From NCBI RefSeq assembly GCF_000497125.1, contig NC_090603.1, positions 682,001-746,000 of the forward strand: a DNA stretch of 64,000 nucleotides, written 5' to 3'. This DNA is from Spironucleus salmonicida. Taxonomy: Eukaryota. Every line of letters begins with the position of its first letter. Position 1 is the stretch's first letter. The position numbers were made by a program, and so were the translations under genes. The notes below the pieces were generated by a model. It did not search any database. It saw only the letters and a list, made by a program, of their open reading frames with translations, and was not told where the DNA came from. This document shows, piece after piece, positions 12,593 through 27,303 of this stretch.

Positions 12593-14542
12593 ATGACTAC
12601 ACCATCTGAAATACGTGAAAAGTATGGTTTTGCACCGCATCTTAAGCTTAATAAGAATAATGCTCAGACACGAATATCAGAACATGTTGAAACAGTCGGA
12701 AAGAATAAGTTTTTCTCGTAGATGGATAAGAATAGAAATTAGAAAATAACAAAGGCAGCTTTTCTCTCTTAAATGCAGATGCTCAATGTGCCTATAAACT
12801 AACCTGATGCAGCAGAGATCTTTGATGCATATAGTTAAAATAGCGAAATGACCAGATAAAATTTATAGAAAATGATATCTGAATCACGCCCAGTTTGTTC
12901 AAGAAAATTAGAAGATTACACTGTTTAAAATATGTAAAATTCTGTTAACTTAAATACAAAAATATAGATAAAAGAGGCTTAATTAGATAAAAATGACCTT
13001 CTTCGACTCGCTCAAGCATAGTTTGCAAGGCGTTGTTAGGAGCGCTTTAAAACATAAAAGGATGTTTTAAAGTTAGCATATACGTAAGACTCTGTCGTTA
13101 CTAGGTAAAGTTTGAAAGAGCTTGTTTAGGACGTAATCCCAGAGCTTCCAGAAGCGGTTGAAATACTTGTTGATGCCAGTTGTGAGTATAATACACATCT
13201 AAACCATAAAAGTAAAATTCCACTTTCTGGTGGCGTTTAAGGTGATAAATCAATTATTCCTGAAGTACTGGAAGATTAGGTTGTTAGATAGCTGTTATCT
13301 TCTCCAGGAGCAAGCAACTATTGTTAGCGACGTGACGAAGATAACTGGGCTTAAGAAGTAGAGAAAGTGGTTTTTAAATAATAAGGAAGCTCTATAATAA
13401 ATTAAACATTAGTTCCTGATGTTATAAAAACAGTAATTAACGAGGAACTTAAATGCTAAGAATCATAAAAATATCCTGAAATAAATTTGGAGGCATTGCA
13501 ACCATAATAATTGTCACCCTAACTTAACTTAAATCTAAAATAAGACGAAATTAATACAATTGATCACTATGCTACTGATGCACATAAGTAAAACACATCA
13601 GAATTAATAAAAAATTATTTCAAACATACAACTTCATCAATTTCGTTTTAAAATTATGGAAATACTTCAAATGGTCGTTCAAATTCAGTTAGTTATATGC
13701 CAAGAAAGTCACTGAAATAAGGGCAAAAAGAAGTAGTAAATCAGTTTAAAAACATTAAAATCACATCACCTTAATAAAATATAGCAAAATTAGCATTCTT
13801 ACGTTGTTTTGATGGAAGAAAAACAGCTGCAGCAGCAGCCTTAATAGAATCATATAAAAGAAGCGGTAATAAAAACGAATTTAGAAAAAATTTGTCTGTT
13901 TTTGCTCCTAACTGTAGTGTGGAAACTGGTTTATTTTTAGAGGAAAATAGTTCTAATCTTAAACAGTTAATTTCAAGTCTAAATTTAGAACAAGAAGCAG
14001 AAGTGTACATGAATAATGAGAATTATTTACACTAAGTAGAAAATAATAGTAAATTAAACAGTTATAAGCTTTCTGCTAATAATGCATGTGTTCCTCTCTA
14101 AACAGAAGTTTTTGATTTCTAGAAGGATGTTCAACATCATTCTAGGGCCAATAACTCATCTTTAATGCATGAGCATTTTAATACTACTGCAGGTGAAGGA
14201 AGCTTCAAATAAAATATGAAATAAGAGTTCCCGAGTGAAGCATCAATAGAGCGAGTACCTGGAAATGGTTACACGCGGAAGATACCTAAAAAATATGATT
14301 TTATATCTGCTTCAAAAGAGGATAGAAGTATATTAGCTCCTCCAGCTATCAGAGATCGTTAAAAATCATCAATTATCGGTGGAACTAGTAATGTTGAGTT
14401 GTAAACTCGATCTAGGAGTGGAAAAGCTAATTTTCATCATGATATATTTAGTCCTAAAATGGAGAGAGTAAGAATCATCAATGACAAATTTCTATAAAGT
14501 TCTTTAGGAAGTTTGTTAGATGAAAGTGGCCTTAAATGGTGA
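12593..14542 (+). CDS. Hypothetical protein with a possible degenerate N-terminal EF-hand, 649 aa
   Basis: Long open frame; FSQMDKNRNQKIT resembles an EF loop. Confidence 0.7.
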
Positions 14543-14772
14543 GTGAGAATTGTAAAGTACTATGATGTATTTTACTTTTAAAAATAATATATAAAATATT
14601 GGAAATCCTATTAGTTTTAGTAATATATTTTAATAATGTGAATTTAACTCTATCTCTTTAGTTAAATATTAAAACATAATGTGTATAATATAATAAAAAA
14701 CTAAAGAAACCTGTCTCATAATTATGGTTTGATATAATTTTATAGTCATATTTGTGAGCAATCTTTCCATTA

Positions 14773-14988
14773 ATGTAAGCATTATAATTTTAGTCATCTC
14801 TCAGAAGGAACCTTACGTCATAAATAAGACTGGTTGATAAAGAAAATCGTATGAACTAAATATTAAAGTCATATGAAAAGAGATTTGGTTTTACAATCTA
14901 AGAATGTGATGAATCTAAATAAAGCCCACTTAGTCGTTAGATTGAGAAAAAGAAGTAACTACTAAGATAAAATAGTGCATTTATTTGA
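14773..14988 (+). CDS. Small hypothetical protein, 71 aa
   Basis: MQALQFQSSLRRNL...; preceded by TCTTTCCATTAATG, like other starts in the window. Confidence 0.4.
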
Positions 14989-15466
14989 ATATTTGATTGA
15001 TTACAACTCAGTTTGTTTTTATTTTATATTAAATACAATAAAAACAATAGATTCAAAATAATTTTTTGCATTAAAATTTTACTAAGGAAAATATTAGAAT
15101 TTCAACTAATCGCAAACTATATAATATATCACCTATGAAATTAATTTTTAACCATAAGTTCGATTGATGCACTAGTTTATTTCTCAATTTAATAAAAAGA
15201 ATTATTACAATTTCCAATATATAAAAACTATGTTTCACTGAATTAGCTTTTAAATTAAGAATTATTACTTTATATTCATATTCCAAAGCTGATAATAACA
15301 AATTGAATGGTAACTAACTATGTTGTTTTAACTAATTTATTAATCTAAATTTATATACAAAACTATTATATCCTTATTATTAGTATCATCTATCAATCTT
15401 GCTAGATAAAAACTAAAATTTCATATTTATATAAATATTATTTATGTAGTATCTACAATTTCATTA

Positions 15467-16360
15467 ATGGGATGCGGAATCTCACTAACAGATGAGTAAG
15501 AGCTACTCCATACTGCCCCTGACTTCGGCATAGCGGGCACGAAGAAAACTGAGCCCCATAACTCTGACTTTACGTGCAAATTCGATGCAGCTTTTTTTGG
15601 TCAGATTTACATAGAAAACGTTCAAATCATAAAACTAGAGACTGGGTTCAGATACCCCCGTATATAACCACATAAAGACATTTATGAGGATGGAATACCT
15701 TTTTTTAAAGAAATTCCTCATACAATTTCCGCAATCAGCCTACAAGTAGCAGTCTAGCTTTTACAAATCCAATTCCCCCACATGTCAATTTTGGACATCT
15801 AGAACCTAATAAAGTACGTCTAGTTGAATCGTGCACAGAATCCATTTAAGAGCAAAGATTTTCAGCGACTCGCATACCTATGCTACCGCTTCTGCGCGAT
15901 AATCGATTGTCCCGCAAGCGCGCTTTTCTATTGGCTAGATGACTACAGGTCAGGGCTCGTTGCTAGCAAGAAGCTCAAGTAGATCATCAGCCAGCACTAC
16001 GGTGTCAAGAGGGAGAGCGCAGTTTTTTCTGGCCACTATGTCGACCTTATCACCTTCCTAAACTTGATCGTCAAGCTCGCAAAAAGAGGAATTTAGGACC
16101 CCCTAGCAGGGTTAATTTCGAACCAGGGGCGGGCGTAAATAGTCGATTTTGATGAGTCGCTCATGCCCATCAACAGCGACGAGGAGGAGATCAGCGACGT
16201 TTCGACCGGGAAGGCGAAGGCTGCGAAAGTGCGGAAGCTGAAGCGGCGAGCAGAGGCCCTTAATTGGAGCGAGCAAGAGCTGGAAGAGGCGATCCGACAC
16301 GTAACGAAACGAGGAATGCTGAAAAATATTGATTTGCTAGAGGGGGACATTTTTGAATGA
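15467..16360 (+). CDS. Putatively acylated protein (MGCG) with degenerate EF-hand-like segment, 297 aa
   Basis: MGCGISLTDE start; LDDYRSGLVASKKL loop; in frame with track ORF 16163-16360. Confidence 0.7.
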
Positions 16361-17211
16361 AGAGATGAAGTAAGGTGGTGGAAATGCAAATTTATGCACT
16401 AAAACTGTCTATTTTAGAGTATTTAGTAAAATATATTAAAGTGGAGATTTACTGCAAAATGAGGTCAGTAGGATCAAAATTGGCTATTTAAAAGCAGTTT
16501 TGCGAGTACTTTATTAGCGAATATTTCAGATGCAGGAAAAGTCATTTTTAGGTTTAATATTTTTGGATCTTCGGGAGTATATGAAAAATCGACAGATAAT
16601 ATTAAGTATGGGTAAGCGTGTGATAGTTATTCTTAAAATTATGGTATTTGGGAAAGTAATGTATTAATATTATGAGACTGTGTACAGTAAATACAAATTA
16701 TGTTAGAACAGTCAGTGTATTTAAAAGTAGAGTATTAAATAAGAGTTAAATATGATAATACTGTTTGGTATGATTTTCTAAATGTTGGTAATAGGATAAA
16801 TAGTTCTAGTATGTTAAAATTCAATAATTAATTTATGATAGTTTTAGATTTTTTCAAAAATACACCAGTGATGTTAGTTACGATCAATATTCGCTTACAA
16901 TTTGATTTTAATCTGGATATTATCAGGAATTGAAATAAAAACAAAAATCAGAATATATCAGCTAAGACTATTCTATAAGTATCTACTGTCAATTATTTTA
17001 ATACATAATAACGTAAATACGTCATTTAAATTAGTTTTAACACAAAAACTACTGAAAACATAAAATAATTAATACAGAATATAATTTTAGTATTAAGTAT
17101 AATTATATAATTATCCTAAGTATTTACCTAATATATTACAGTTTTAATATTTAATTTTAGCTGTTCAGTTATTATATTATTGTTAGAGCTAATAATAATA
17201 TTATTTTTGAA

Positions 17212-19605
17212 ATGAAAAAATTCTACTTTGTGTTTGGGATTTACTTCCAATTTAATGTAGTAATTTGCGTGACTAAATACTTCCTTGTTGAATAAGGCAA
17301 CCATTTCAATATTGGAAATAATGCATTGTGCCCATTATCTATTCTTTTGCTGGTTCTTGACTGTATATTTTATTTATGGATATACGAATTACTAACCCTA
17401 GCTAATAAAAAGATTAGAATGCCTTCTGCAGTGTATCTGTCATTTTTTATTGGATATCTTTTTGTAAATGCTATATACAATGAACTAGATATTCTCAATG
17501 CAACTTCTAATTTTTAAATCCCAGCATTCAATTATTTTAGGACATATATGCACACAGTTTCATTATTCTCTGATAATAAAGTTATCAATTATCCATAAAC
17601 AATTACATCGTCTATCGATCTGTTAGGAAAGGTAAATTAAGGGGCAGCTAGTGTAGTTTTGGATGTGTTTAAGACAAATTCTATATCAGTAATTATTTGC
17701 GGTACAAATCTGTTTGTAAGCATAATATTAATAATTTTACTATGTATTTTTTCTAGAAAAGCTGTTTATAGAAGTTTTAAAACACCTTAATTTACAAGCT
17801 AAGATATGAAATTGACAAAAGTTTAAAAACAATGTTTGATAGTTGTATCACTTTTATCTGTTGCAGATATATTGTTATTTTTATCTTTATTATGTAATAC
17901 AGGCTAAGAATCAAAAGTATTTGAAGCTGCTGCAGGTATCTGGTGTTTATGGAAAAGCCTTACAACTTATACAATGAAAGAAGAAATACTCTAAAATTTT
18001 ATTAGAGAAGAAAGAGATATAATAAATCTTTAAGAAGATATTTACTATATTGACAACAGGGATATTATTTAATTTCCTTATATTGTTGGCACTAAAGATA
18101 CATATTGTAAATTCAATAATTGTGACGAATAGCCTATATAATCAGAACCAATTTCAGAGAAAGATATACCGAACATAGTATTAGTAATGGTAGAATCATT
18201 TTCTTCAAATCCATTATTATTAAAAGATCAAAAATTTGTTGTTGAATAAGAAGGTTCTGCATTTAATGATGATTACCTACCAAATTTATCACTGATAAAT
18301 TAATTAGGTTCAACAAATATTGGAGTCAATTCTTTAGGATTTCCAACCATCCTTGGCTGGTTTGGAATATAAACAGGAAATGTTCCACTAAGATACGGAA
18401 TAGGAATGACACAATAGAGAAGATAAGAACATTTAACTTTAGCTAAATTCTTTAAGAATTTAGGTTATTCAACTGCATATACATCGTCAGCACCACCAGA
18501 ATTTGATGGAAAGCAAAATATATTATATAATGGAGATTTTGAGAATGTGTAGTATTATAAACCTACTGAAGCGCTTGGATTTAAAAATTTTACTAACAAC
18601 TCATGGGTTGCAGACAGAATCACTTAAGAATAATTTTAACGCTAAATTAACAATATATCATAACCATTTTTTGCGAATTGGTTCACAATTGATACGCACC
18701 AGTACTGGAATGGATATGACCAAAAATAGTTTTACAACAAGTCAATTGAACATGATTATGTTAGAATGGCTAACTATTTTGACCAGCAGTTAGGAACTTT
18801 AGTAAACTTTTTGAAAGTAAACTTTAGTAACACCATCATCATTATAACTGGTGATCATGGCCCTAGATGGGCGATTAACCCCGCAGACTACGACGGCTGG
18901 GACTACGAATGTGCATCGAAAACGTTCAATGATGAGTATTTTGGCACTAGCGCTACAACCGCATATTTAGGAGAAAACGAAGCACTGAATGCAATTTTCA
19001 ACCTAAACAGAACCTACAACAGCTTCACCGACATCAACTCATACATGCTGTAAATCCAAAAACAGCTAACTGCGTATCTGAAAAAGCCTTTGGTCACAAA
19101 CAGAGTTCCAACTCCAATAAGCCTAACACACCGCGTGATTGAAGTTCGTGTTGGAGGCAAAATTACGCGGAGCTACTTCTACGACTACTCTAAGAGGTAG
19201 GAATTCTCAGAATCTATCACCTGCAGGGTATACAACAGCTCTGAATCCTTTACAAATTTGAAGTCCAAAGACATCTCGAAGGACAATCTGCATACCGGGA
19301 AGCGTATTCTGGCTGTCAGGAACGCGATTTCAGCCCAGAATCGCATGTGGCACGATGCATTTTTGTGTCAGGAGAGAAACTGCGACCTGCCAAATTTCAC
19401 AGTAAAATTCGACACTGAATGGGACTACGCAATTTACTCATTCATCTGTGTGCCGCTGATTGGTATGTTGGTGGGTTGCGCACTGATAGTTTTAGTGTTC
19501 TACGGTGAAATTTTGTTATACAAACTCAAGAATTTCCTGAAAGCAAAGTAGACTCCGCAGGATCTCGAGGATTTAGGGATGCTGAACAGTCAGTTTGAGG
19601 CTTGA
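17212..19605 (+). CDS. Multi-pass membrane sulfatase/LTA-synthase-like protein (alkaline phosphatase superfamily), 797 aa
   Basis: N-terminal TM helices, PNIVLVMVESF, putative Thr nucleophile in GFPTILG, YFDQQLG, IIITGDHG, and a C-terminal TM helix. Confidence 0.85.
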
Positions 19606-19679
19606 CCTTTTTTTGTCGTTTTCATTTTTTAATAATATTTATTAATTCATAATAATTGATACAAGTAAGGTTTTGTGGA

Positions 19680-20372
19680 ATGGATGAAATACGAGAAATG
19701 GTTCAGACGCTTATTCCACAGTATTATATACATGGGTATAGTTCAGATGAACTTTAGCTAAAAATTACATCTTATTAACATTAAACAGTTGTTGTATGTT
19801 CGCTATCGAATATAGATATTTAGTCTAATATTATTCCTAAGCTGGCTACCTAGACTCTTATGATATAATACCAAAATTAGCTAGATTAATATCTACCCAC
19901 TTTACTCCTGGATTTAGTTGCTGAAATCGAGCAAATTATGATATCATAACCTTAATAGAATAAAAAAGACCAAGTGGAATATATACCTGCAACTACGTCT
20001 GTAAACACTCATCCAGTTTTTTATAGGTCGTTAACCAGAAAAGTCCAAAAGTCTACATTTTTTGCATCATCAAAACTGGTCTCTACCAATGATGAAGCTC
20101 TGACATTCGCAAGGTTTATCTCGAACCTTCCAGAATGCTACGATGCGACACATAATATGGCAGTTTGGAAAGTTAATGGTGATACTGATTATGATGAAGA
20201 TGGAGAAAGTGGGGCTGGAGAGAAAATGGCTTTTTTGCTACATAAAATGTAAATAAATGGAATTTGCATTGTCGTTACTAGGTTTTTTGGAGGAGTTAAA
20301 CTAGGAGGAATGAGATTTCGAATAATTTGTGACGTTATGCGAGAAGGTGCCGAAGGTTGCAATGTTAAGTGA
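19680..20372 (+). CDS. IMPACT/YigZ (UPF0029) family protein, 230 aa
   Basis: KSTFFA, DATHNMAVW, DEDGESGAG and VVTRFFGGVKLGGMRFRII motifs. Confidence 0.9.
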
Positions 20373-20970
20373 GAAATACTAATTAGGTGAAGGAGAACTG
20401 AACTAATCAAGCTAGTAGAACATTAGAAAATTGAGAAATAACTTATCAAATCAAAATTCCTAAGAAAAATTAATTAAAACAAAAAGTATGAGATAATTAT
20501 TTAGTAATTAATATGTGACGGTGTCTGGTATGATTGATTTTGTGAGATAATTGCTTACTTGATAATATAAAAACAAGTCCATGTCTTTCCATAGTGTTTT
20601 AGTTCATATTTAAGAAATCAATATAGAAAACAACTCTTAAAAAACGGAGAATACTTAATATATTTTACCCAGTATAAAAAATAATATAAAAAATTCATCT
20701 TAAGGAAATAATATATACAAATTTTTACTATATTACGCCATTTGTAAAATATTTTTTAATAAAGTAATTTTTATTTTCTATAATATGAGGTTCTACATAA
20801 TGATCAAAATGATTTTAGCTGATATATGATAATGTTTTATCAATAATTTAGTCTTGTAAGTAATTTTTTCTTATATTAATACGAATGGACTTTGTTAAAC
20901 ATTGAAAGCCTCAGGTCAAATTATATAAATATTGTATATGTATTATGGTAAAATATTTTTTTAAATAAAA

Positions 20971-23253
20971 ATGAAATCGTTATAACATTTTATTGGTTAA
21001 CTTTTTGCATCTACGAAATAAGATGAACTAATCACGATACAACTAAAAGATATTATTTTGGAACTTAGTTCGACTGATGTTAAAGTTGCATAAATTGCGG
21101 TTTAAAAACTTATTTTTATCTATCAACTTTTTAATGATTTAAAGCCATTTGCATTCTCTTCAATATAACTTATTGGACGTTCTAATTTTAGTCTTAAAAA
21201 GTTAGGATACTTAACCGCCAACTTCACGTTCGGTCTTGAGAGTGCAGCATTATTAGCCTCTAATACTATTAAAAATGATTTATCGTCTACTGAGCCTAAA
21301 ATTTAGAGACTTGCAGCTACTATTTTAAGTAATTCTATATCTGAGGGGATATTATCACAGTTATTCAATTTGAAGCCAACAAAATTTTTGCTCCCAGGTC
21401 TACTAAAATAATCAATTTTTCACTAAAAATAGGTTCAATTTATATAGTATTTAGGTAAAAATATAAGTTTCATCAGTGTATAAGGGTTGATATTTACAAA
21501 AGTTGCAGCTGAAGTATCAAAATATGATGCTACTGCTATATCCTTGTTACCTGCAATTTATAACTTTTTTAAGCAATCATAGAATCCATGGGACTTAGTA
21601 GAATGTATTAAGTTTATGAAAATAATTAATAGATGGGATAAGCGAATTGAGGTTAAAATTAGATAGGATATAGTTGATATTCTATAAAAATCATAAAGTT
21701 TTACATTAATAGTGGAAGTTGTAAAGTTTATTGCTGATAGTAACTACGATTAGGATATGTTTAAACTTGGATTGAGAAAAATGTCTTAATATATACTTCA
21801 TTAGTCTGGATACACTGATGAAAATATTAAAATTTTATCTATTAGAAACATAGCATTATTATAAAAATAGTAAAATGGTATCGGGTTTTAAGTATCATAA
21901 TTAGTAGAAAATGTAGTTTTGTAATTGGAAAATAATGATTTTAATATGAAAATGAGTGTTTTAGAAGTAATAGGTAGTTTAGCTTCACGAGAAAATGTAG
22001 TAAATATTGTGAATAAGATATTATATAGTATATCACAGTCGACTTCCGGAAGTTTATAAGAAATATTTTGCTTTAAAAATTAGGCTATAAAAACTTGTTT
22101 ACATGTTTGTAGTGTAAACAACTATTAAAATATTACAGATTTTACCTGGCTTCTCGAAACTTATATAAAATTATAACTAGAATTCTCTAGCTATAAGCCC
22201 AATTTAGTTATATAGGAACTTTATTAATTGGTAAAGTAAAGTAAATAAGTTTAAGAGAATGTATGTGGTATCATTATACAGATTATTTAGTTTTAGCCAT
22301 ATATTGAATTATGCGCTGTTAACAGAACTGGACCTAGTAATTTTTAGGGACAAAGTACTTAAGTCGTTTGTTAAGCTAATTTTACGTAGTTTTTTGATTC
22401 ATTCGAGACAGAAGTAATTTAAAATGCTAGTTTTGTGATGTTAACTGCTAGTAGGATGATTTGTTAATATTTTTGTAATAGAGGTATCAAAAATACAGAA
22501 TATTCGTTGTCTGAAGTAGTTAAATGTATTTTAAATGATAGGTTTAAATATTATGCTTGTGATATCATAATTTCTATATAAAAGGAAATTTTACATCTTA
22601 TTATAACATTTAATTAAGAAATATAATAAAATGATTTTTAAGATAAATTTAAAGATACTCTCTAAAAATCTATTTAACTATTAAAAAATTGTATTGAAGA
22701 TACTTAGTTTGATTAAGATATGTTAATTCAATAGGAAAATATTTTGTATAAACTTTAATAATTAGGTCCAGAAGAGATAGTTTGCTTAGAATCCTTATAG
22801 GATACTGTTTAAGCTTAACCAAAATTGCTTTCATTATACCAAATATAATAATATTAATCAGATGCAATGTCATTATTTTTATCTAAACCAAGTTAATATA
22901 TTGAATCATCTGATGAAATTTTTGTAGTTGCAACTAAGTTTCCAGTTTCTTAAAATGAACTAATTATTGATGACAAATTGTCACCAATGATGGATAATTG
23001 TTTAACTACTTAGAGCTAGTAAAAAGTATAATAATCGCCATTATCTAATCCATTTTTGATATCTCCAAGTTCTAGTAATCTTTAGTCACCAAGCAGTGAT
23101 CGAAAGTATTTAAAGAATATCAAGATAGAAATAAAATAGGAAGATTTAATCGTTTAAACTGACTAGAATAGTAAAGATATTAATGTGAAAAAACGTAAAA
23201 AACGAGTGAAAACGTATGAATAAGACCAAATTGTGAAAATGATAACCAAATGA
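20971..23253 (+). CDS. AP3D1: Adaptin large subunit, most like AP-3 delta, 760 aa
   Basis: KKLGYLTANFTF, LLASNTIKNDLSS, NPWDLVECIKF, DENIKILS and YQNITDFTWL match delta-adaptin trunk motifs as recalled. Confidence 0.72.
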
Positions 23254-23673
23254 TTATATTTTATCCATTTTAGCTACTCCATATATGATATTAACATCTG
23301 CAATAAAAATATTTTAATATTAATAAATTATTAATAATAGTTAGTCCACTAATATACCTGAGTTTAACGTATTAATTAATATTATTATTAATATAACTTT
23401 ATAAGTAACTATTATTTTATGTGCACATATTGTATACATCACCGTCAATTATACTTGACTAAAGCTGACATAATGTAAAATGCTCGCCAATTTTATATAC
23501 TTTCATTCATTTTATTATAATTTTAATAGTTATCAATACATACTTAAAACTTAAAACTTAAAAACTATATTAATATGTAAATTATAATTATAGTATTTCT
23601 TGTTAAAAACGAAAACTGAAAAATTAAATAATCTAACACTATACTAAAATAAGTATTAACAATCTGAGTCAGA

Positions 23674-24252
23674 ATGAATGACAATATTAATCGTGAGATA
23701 CTAGCAAAGCTCAGAGCTCGGGAACGCCAGTACTGCCCATCCAGAACATATTTTCAATCAGATAATAAAATGCACTTCACTTAGTTCAATTCAATCTAAT
23801 AAACATAATTAACCAACACATACGAGGAGGCAATTTCAAAATTAAAATAGAAACCGCTTTTTCTTGACAATACTCTGAAGACATATGATCCTCATGATAA
23901 GTTCTCAAGAGCTTACTATTTACAATAACCTATTGGGTCAACCGTATCTAGAAATGAAAAGATTGATATGATAAATGAGCTAGATTTAGCATCTAAAAAT
24001 TATGATCATTTAAAAGATCCAAATTACGATCCTATTAAGCTTCCATATATTGATTTCAGCAAAAGAAAATAAAATTACAAAATAATTACAAACAATTAGA
24101 AAGTTGATACTTTGAGACTATTAAGCCCACAATTCTGTTCTGCAACTCATAATAACTAAAAGCTACCAAAGTTAGCTGCTAGTGCATCGTTATTAATGAA
24201 TGGAACGTTAAGAAAATGTTAAAAGTCTGGAAAATATTGGTAAATTCAATGA
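23674..24252 (+). CDS. Hypothetical protein, 192 aa, paralogue of 42881-43447
   Basis: Shares QYCPSRTYFQSDNK, PHDKFS, RNEKIDMI and DPIKLPYIDF with the second copy. Confidence 0.8.
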
Positions 24253-24462
24253 AATAGTGAAGAGTTTAGTAAATTGCAATTTTAACTTTAGTTTTATCAC
24301 TAATACTGAAAATATGTCAATCTATTAGTTATAATGTCTAAACATTTATGAGAAAAATAGCAGGCTATAAATTATGAACCTAAATATGCTAATAAATAAA
24401 TCCAGTATACTAGACTTGTATTGACAGTAATATAATAGTCAGATTTATTAGATCATACAAAT

Positions 24463-26523
24463 TCACTTAATAGTGTAACCACGTGCACTTAACCGTTCTG
24501 CAATGCCAACGGTACTGCTAGAACGCTAACCAGTACGCTAACTTCCAATTTTTGGTAAAATTTATGTATTATACACATCCTTTGGCTTGTAAAACAGTTT
24601 TCCTGGAATAAAAACACCCTTTCTGGGGCTTGAAGTCTTTACAATAGTCATAACTCTACTTTTTTGATTCGATATTGTATCTCGTTTCTTCATCTCCGGT
24701 TCCTCTTATCCCATAAAATTTGCTTAAATAAAGTCTTTGCATGATTAAAATTTTGCAATTTCTGGTTCTGGTATTTCACGTTTTTCTATAACTGAGACAT
24801 CAGCAAACGCATTTGTAAGCATTTTTGTTTTATTTTTGAACTGAAAAGTCTTCTCTTTTAGCATTAATTCAACATTTTTTAGTTCTTATTCACGATCATG
24901 AAGATGCTTAATATGTTTTTCCTTACTTCCTAGCGCATAAAAGACATCATCTCTAGCATTTATAGTAAAAATTATTTATTTTTCGTCATTTTAAATAGGA
25001 AAATCAATAACTAGATCAAAATCTTCAGCAGAAGAAAGTGATTATTGTAATAGTTCTGCGTAGTTACTTAATACTAGTGGTATTTAAGCAATAGCTTAAT
25101 CGTTCTCTATAATGCTAACATATTATGTAATTTACAACAAAATGTTATGAATATTTTTTAACTTCTCTAGTGATTTATGTAAAATTATTGGCGCTGTTTC
25201 CATAACATCGAAAATTTCACTATAACGATAATATACTATTTTTTAACTTGTACATTCTTCAATTAACATTTCTACACTATTTATTCTCGAATCAATCTTG
25301 TAAACATGAAAATTTTGTTATATTTCAACGTTTTAGTCGCCAAAAATGAATAAATGCTCATCATATCCTACTAATTCTTTTATAACCAAACAAAGCATAC
25401 TAGCTTCTCTAAAAATCTTCATATATTCCACTAAACTAGGATAAAACCGTCTACGTAATTCTAGTTTTTCTGTACTTGCAACAATAATTTTTAGTTTTCC
25501 TTTACAACTTAATTCAACATACTCTTCATCATGCTATATATAACTAAAGCTTTCAAAAAGTTTTGACTGAGCCTTAAAGCGCTTTCCTTCTTGCTTCTTT
25601 GCATTTTCACAAATTAAACCTGTTGGAATACCCTGAAATTCAGGTCTGTTTACATCATAAAACAACGAACTAGCACTCAACAAAGCATTTAATAATCCTG
25701 ATGTAAACATGCCTCTTAATTGATAAAGACTTTGAACAGCAAAATCGACTGTTTCGGGATTTTTGAGCATATTAGGTAGTTCACACACAATAAGAAAAGT
25801 CATTAAATCTATAGTTTTAAGGAAAGGTGCTGGAAAAAACGGTGTTTCAAACCTAAATTATAAGCACTATCCATTATTAAGCAAACTTGGTCTGATATTT
25901 ATGTTGAAAATTGTAAGTTTCTCAACTTCATCATTAAACTTGAAAAGAAGCACTATTTTGGCCAAAAAATCTTCCTCATATGGTAAAAATAATGATCTCA
26001 TGCTTTTAAAAATTTTCAACTTTTCGTCATATTTTAATGTGCAAAGTTACAGAAAGTTATCAGTCTGAACTTCAATAGCAAGGTTCCTGAACAAGTTTTA
26101 TGTAATAGGTAGATTTAGTTCTTACATTTTTACCTCTAGATACTATATTTATAAATACTAATAATGAATTGAAATATAAGTAGAATTTAGTCTATATTTG
26201 AATGTTTGTAACGAAGACGACATTATCCCATCTCCTTAAAGTGAAACTGAATCCTATTTGTAAATTGTTTGGCGCAAAACATAATTACAGGAACCATCAA
26301 TCATATCTTAAACTTTAAGCTCTAGTCTGGTTTTTTCTGAAATATAAAGTGCTGGATAATTAAATTTTAATTTAATATCATCTCGTGCGACGTTAAAAAT
26401 TTGAGTTGGAGCCTAAAATAAAATAAAATCATCCTCATATGCTGTCATAACTAGCTATAGTGAAGTTGTTTCTCGAAGTGGTGAAAAATTTTACGTCTTG
26501 AAGTACATGTCGACTTCATACAT
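24463..26523 (-). CDS. Hypothetical protein, 686 aa
   Basis: Long code-6 frame including track ORF 25534-25803; ends AAGTGA. Confidence 0.75.
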
Positions 26524-26631
26524 TTTAATTTTCTGAATACAAGTTTGTAATATAATATTAGGTAATTATAACCAAATTGAGTAAAATTAATAAATATTAG
26601 AATGGTAGTCTCCATGTATAAATAAACAAAC

Positions 26632-27303
26632 TCACTTTAAAAAGTACTGATCGAACCTCATTAAAAGCTTAACAACTATATCTTTAACACCTTATAATTC
26701 TTGCCTCATATCTAACATCTGTCTCTCCAAATATTCAATTCGTTCTTCTTCTTCAAAATCAATAAATTCAATAACATCATCCTCTTTTTAATCTCTAAAC
26801 TCCTAACCTAAACTAGTGAGAATAGCTTTATAAATCTTATTTTCTCTTTCATATGCCTAAGCTTTTTCAGTAATTTCAAGGTTTTGAATTCTTAACTAGT
26901 CATTTAATCTGAGTAATTCTTCATCAACACGCATTTATTAATTATTTTCGACCTACTCTCCTTTAAGAAGCTAGACTATCTCCAGAAATCCTTTATCTTC
27001 TGCTAATTCAATAGGAAGTTTTCCTTTATTTGATTTTATGTCTTTAAGATCCAGAAGAAGTTTAACTGCTTAAAGTTGCCCAGATTATACTGCATAGTGT
27101 AATGCCGTCATTCCTGACGATGACTTAATATCTTTTTCTTAAGAGTAGAGAATCTTGATAATATCAATAAATCCCGCTTGAGACGCGATATGTAGAGCGG
27201 TCTTATTATTAAAAAGTTAATCCTGAGATTTTGTAAACCTTTCTAGGTTGGCTTGAATAAACTAAATATCATTGGAACCCGCGGCTTAAAACCATCGTTC
27301 CAT
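26632..27303 (-). CDS. Ankyrin-repeat/coiled-coil protein (Protein 21.1-like), 223 aa
   Basis: MERWFQAA start, KTALHIASQAG, GMTALHYAVQSG and an acidic coiled-coil tail. Confidence 0.9.

Noticed and set aside
16384..16583. 66-codon ORF after the MGCG gene
   Set aside because: No start element, no AGTGA and no motif; that length is expected by chance when only TGA stops.
23542..23566. (ACTTAAA)x3 tandem repeat
   Set aside because: Low-complexity microsatellite; not telomeric or CRISPR-like.
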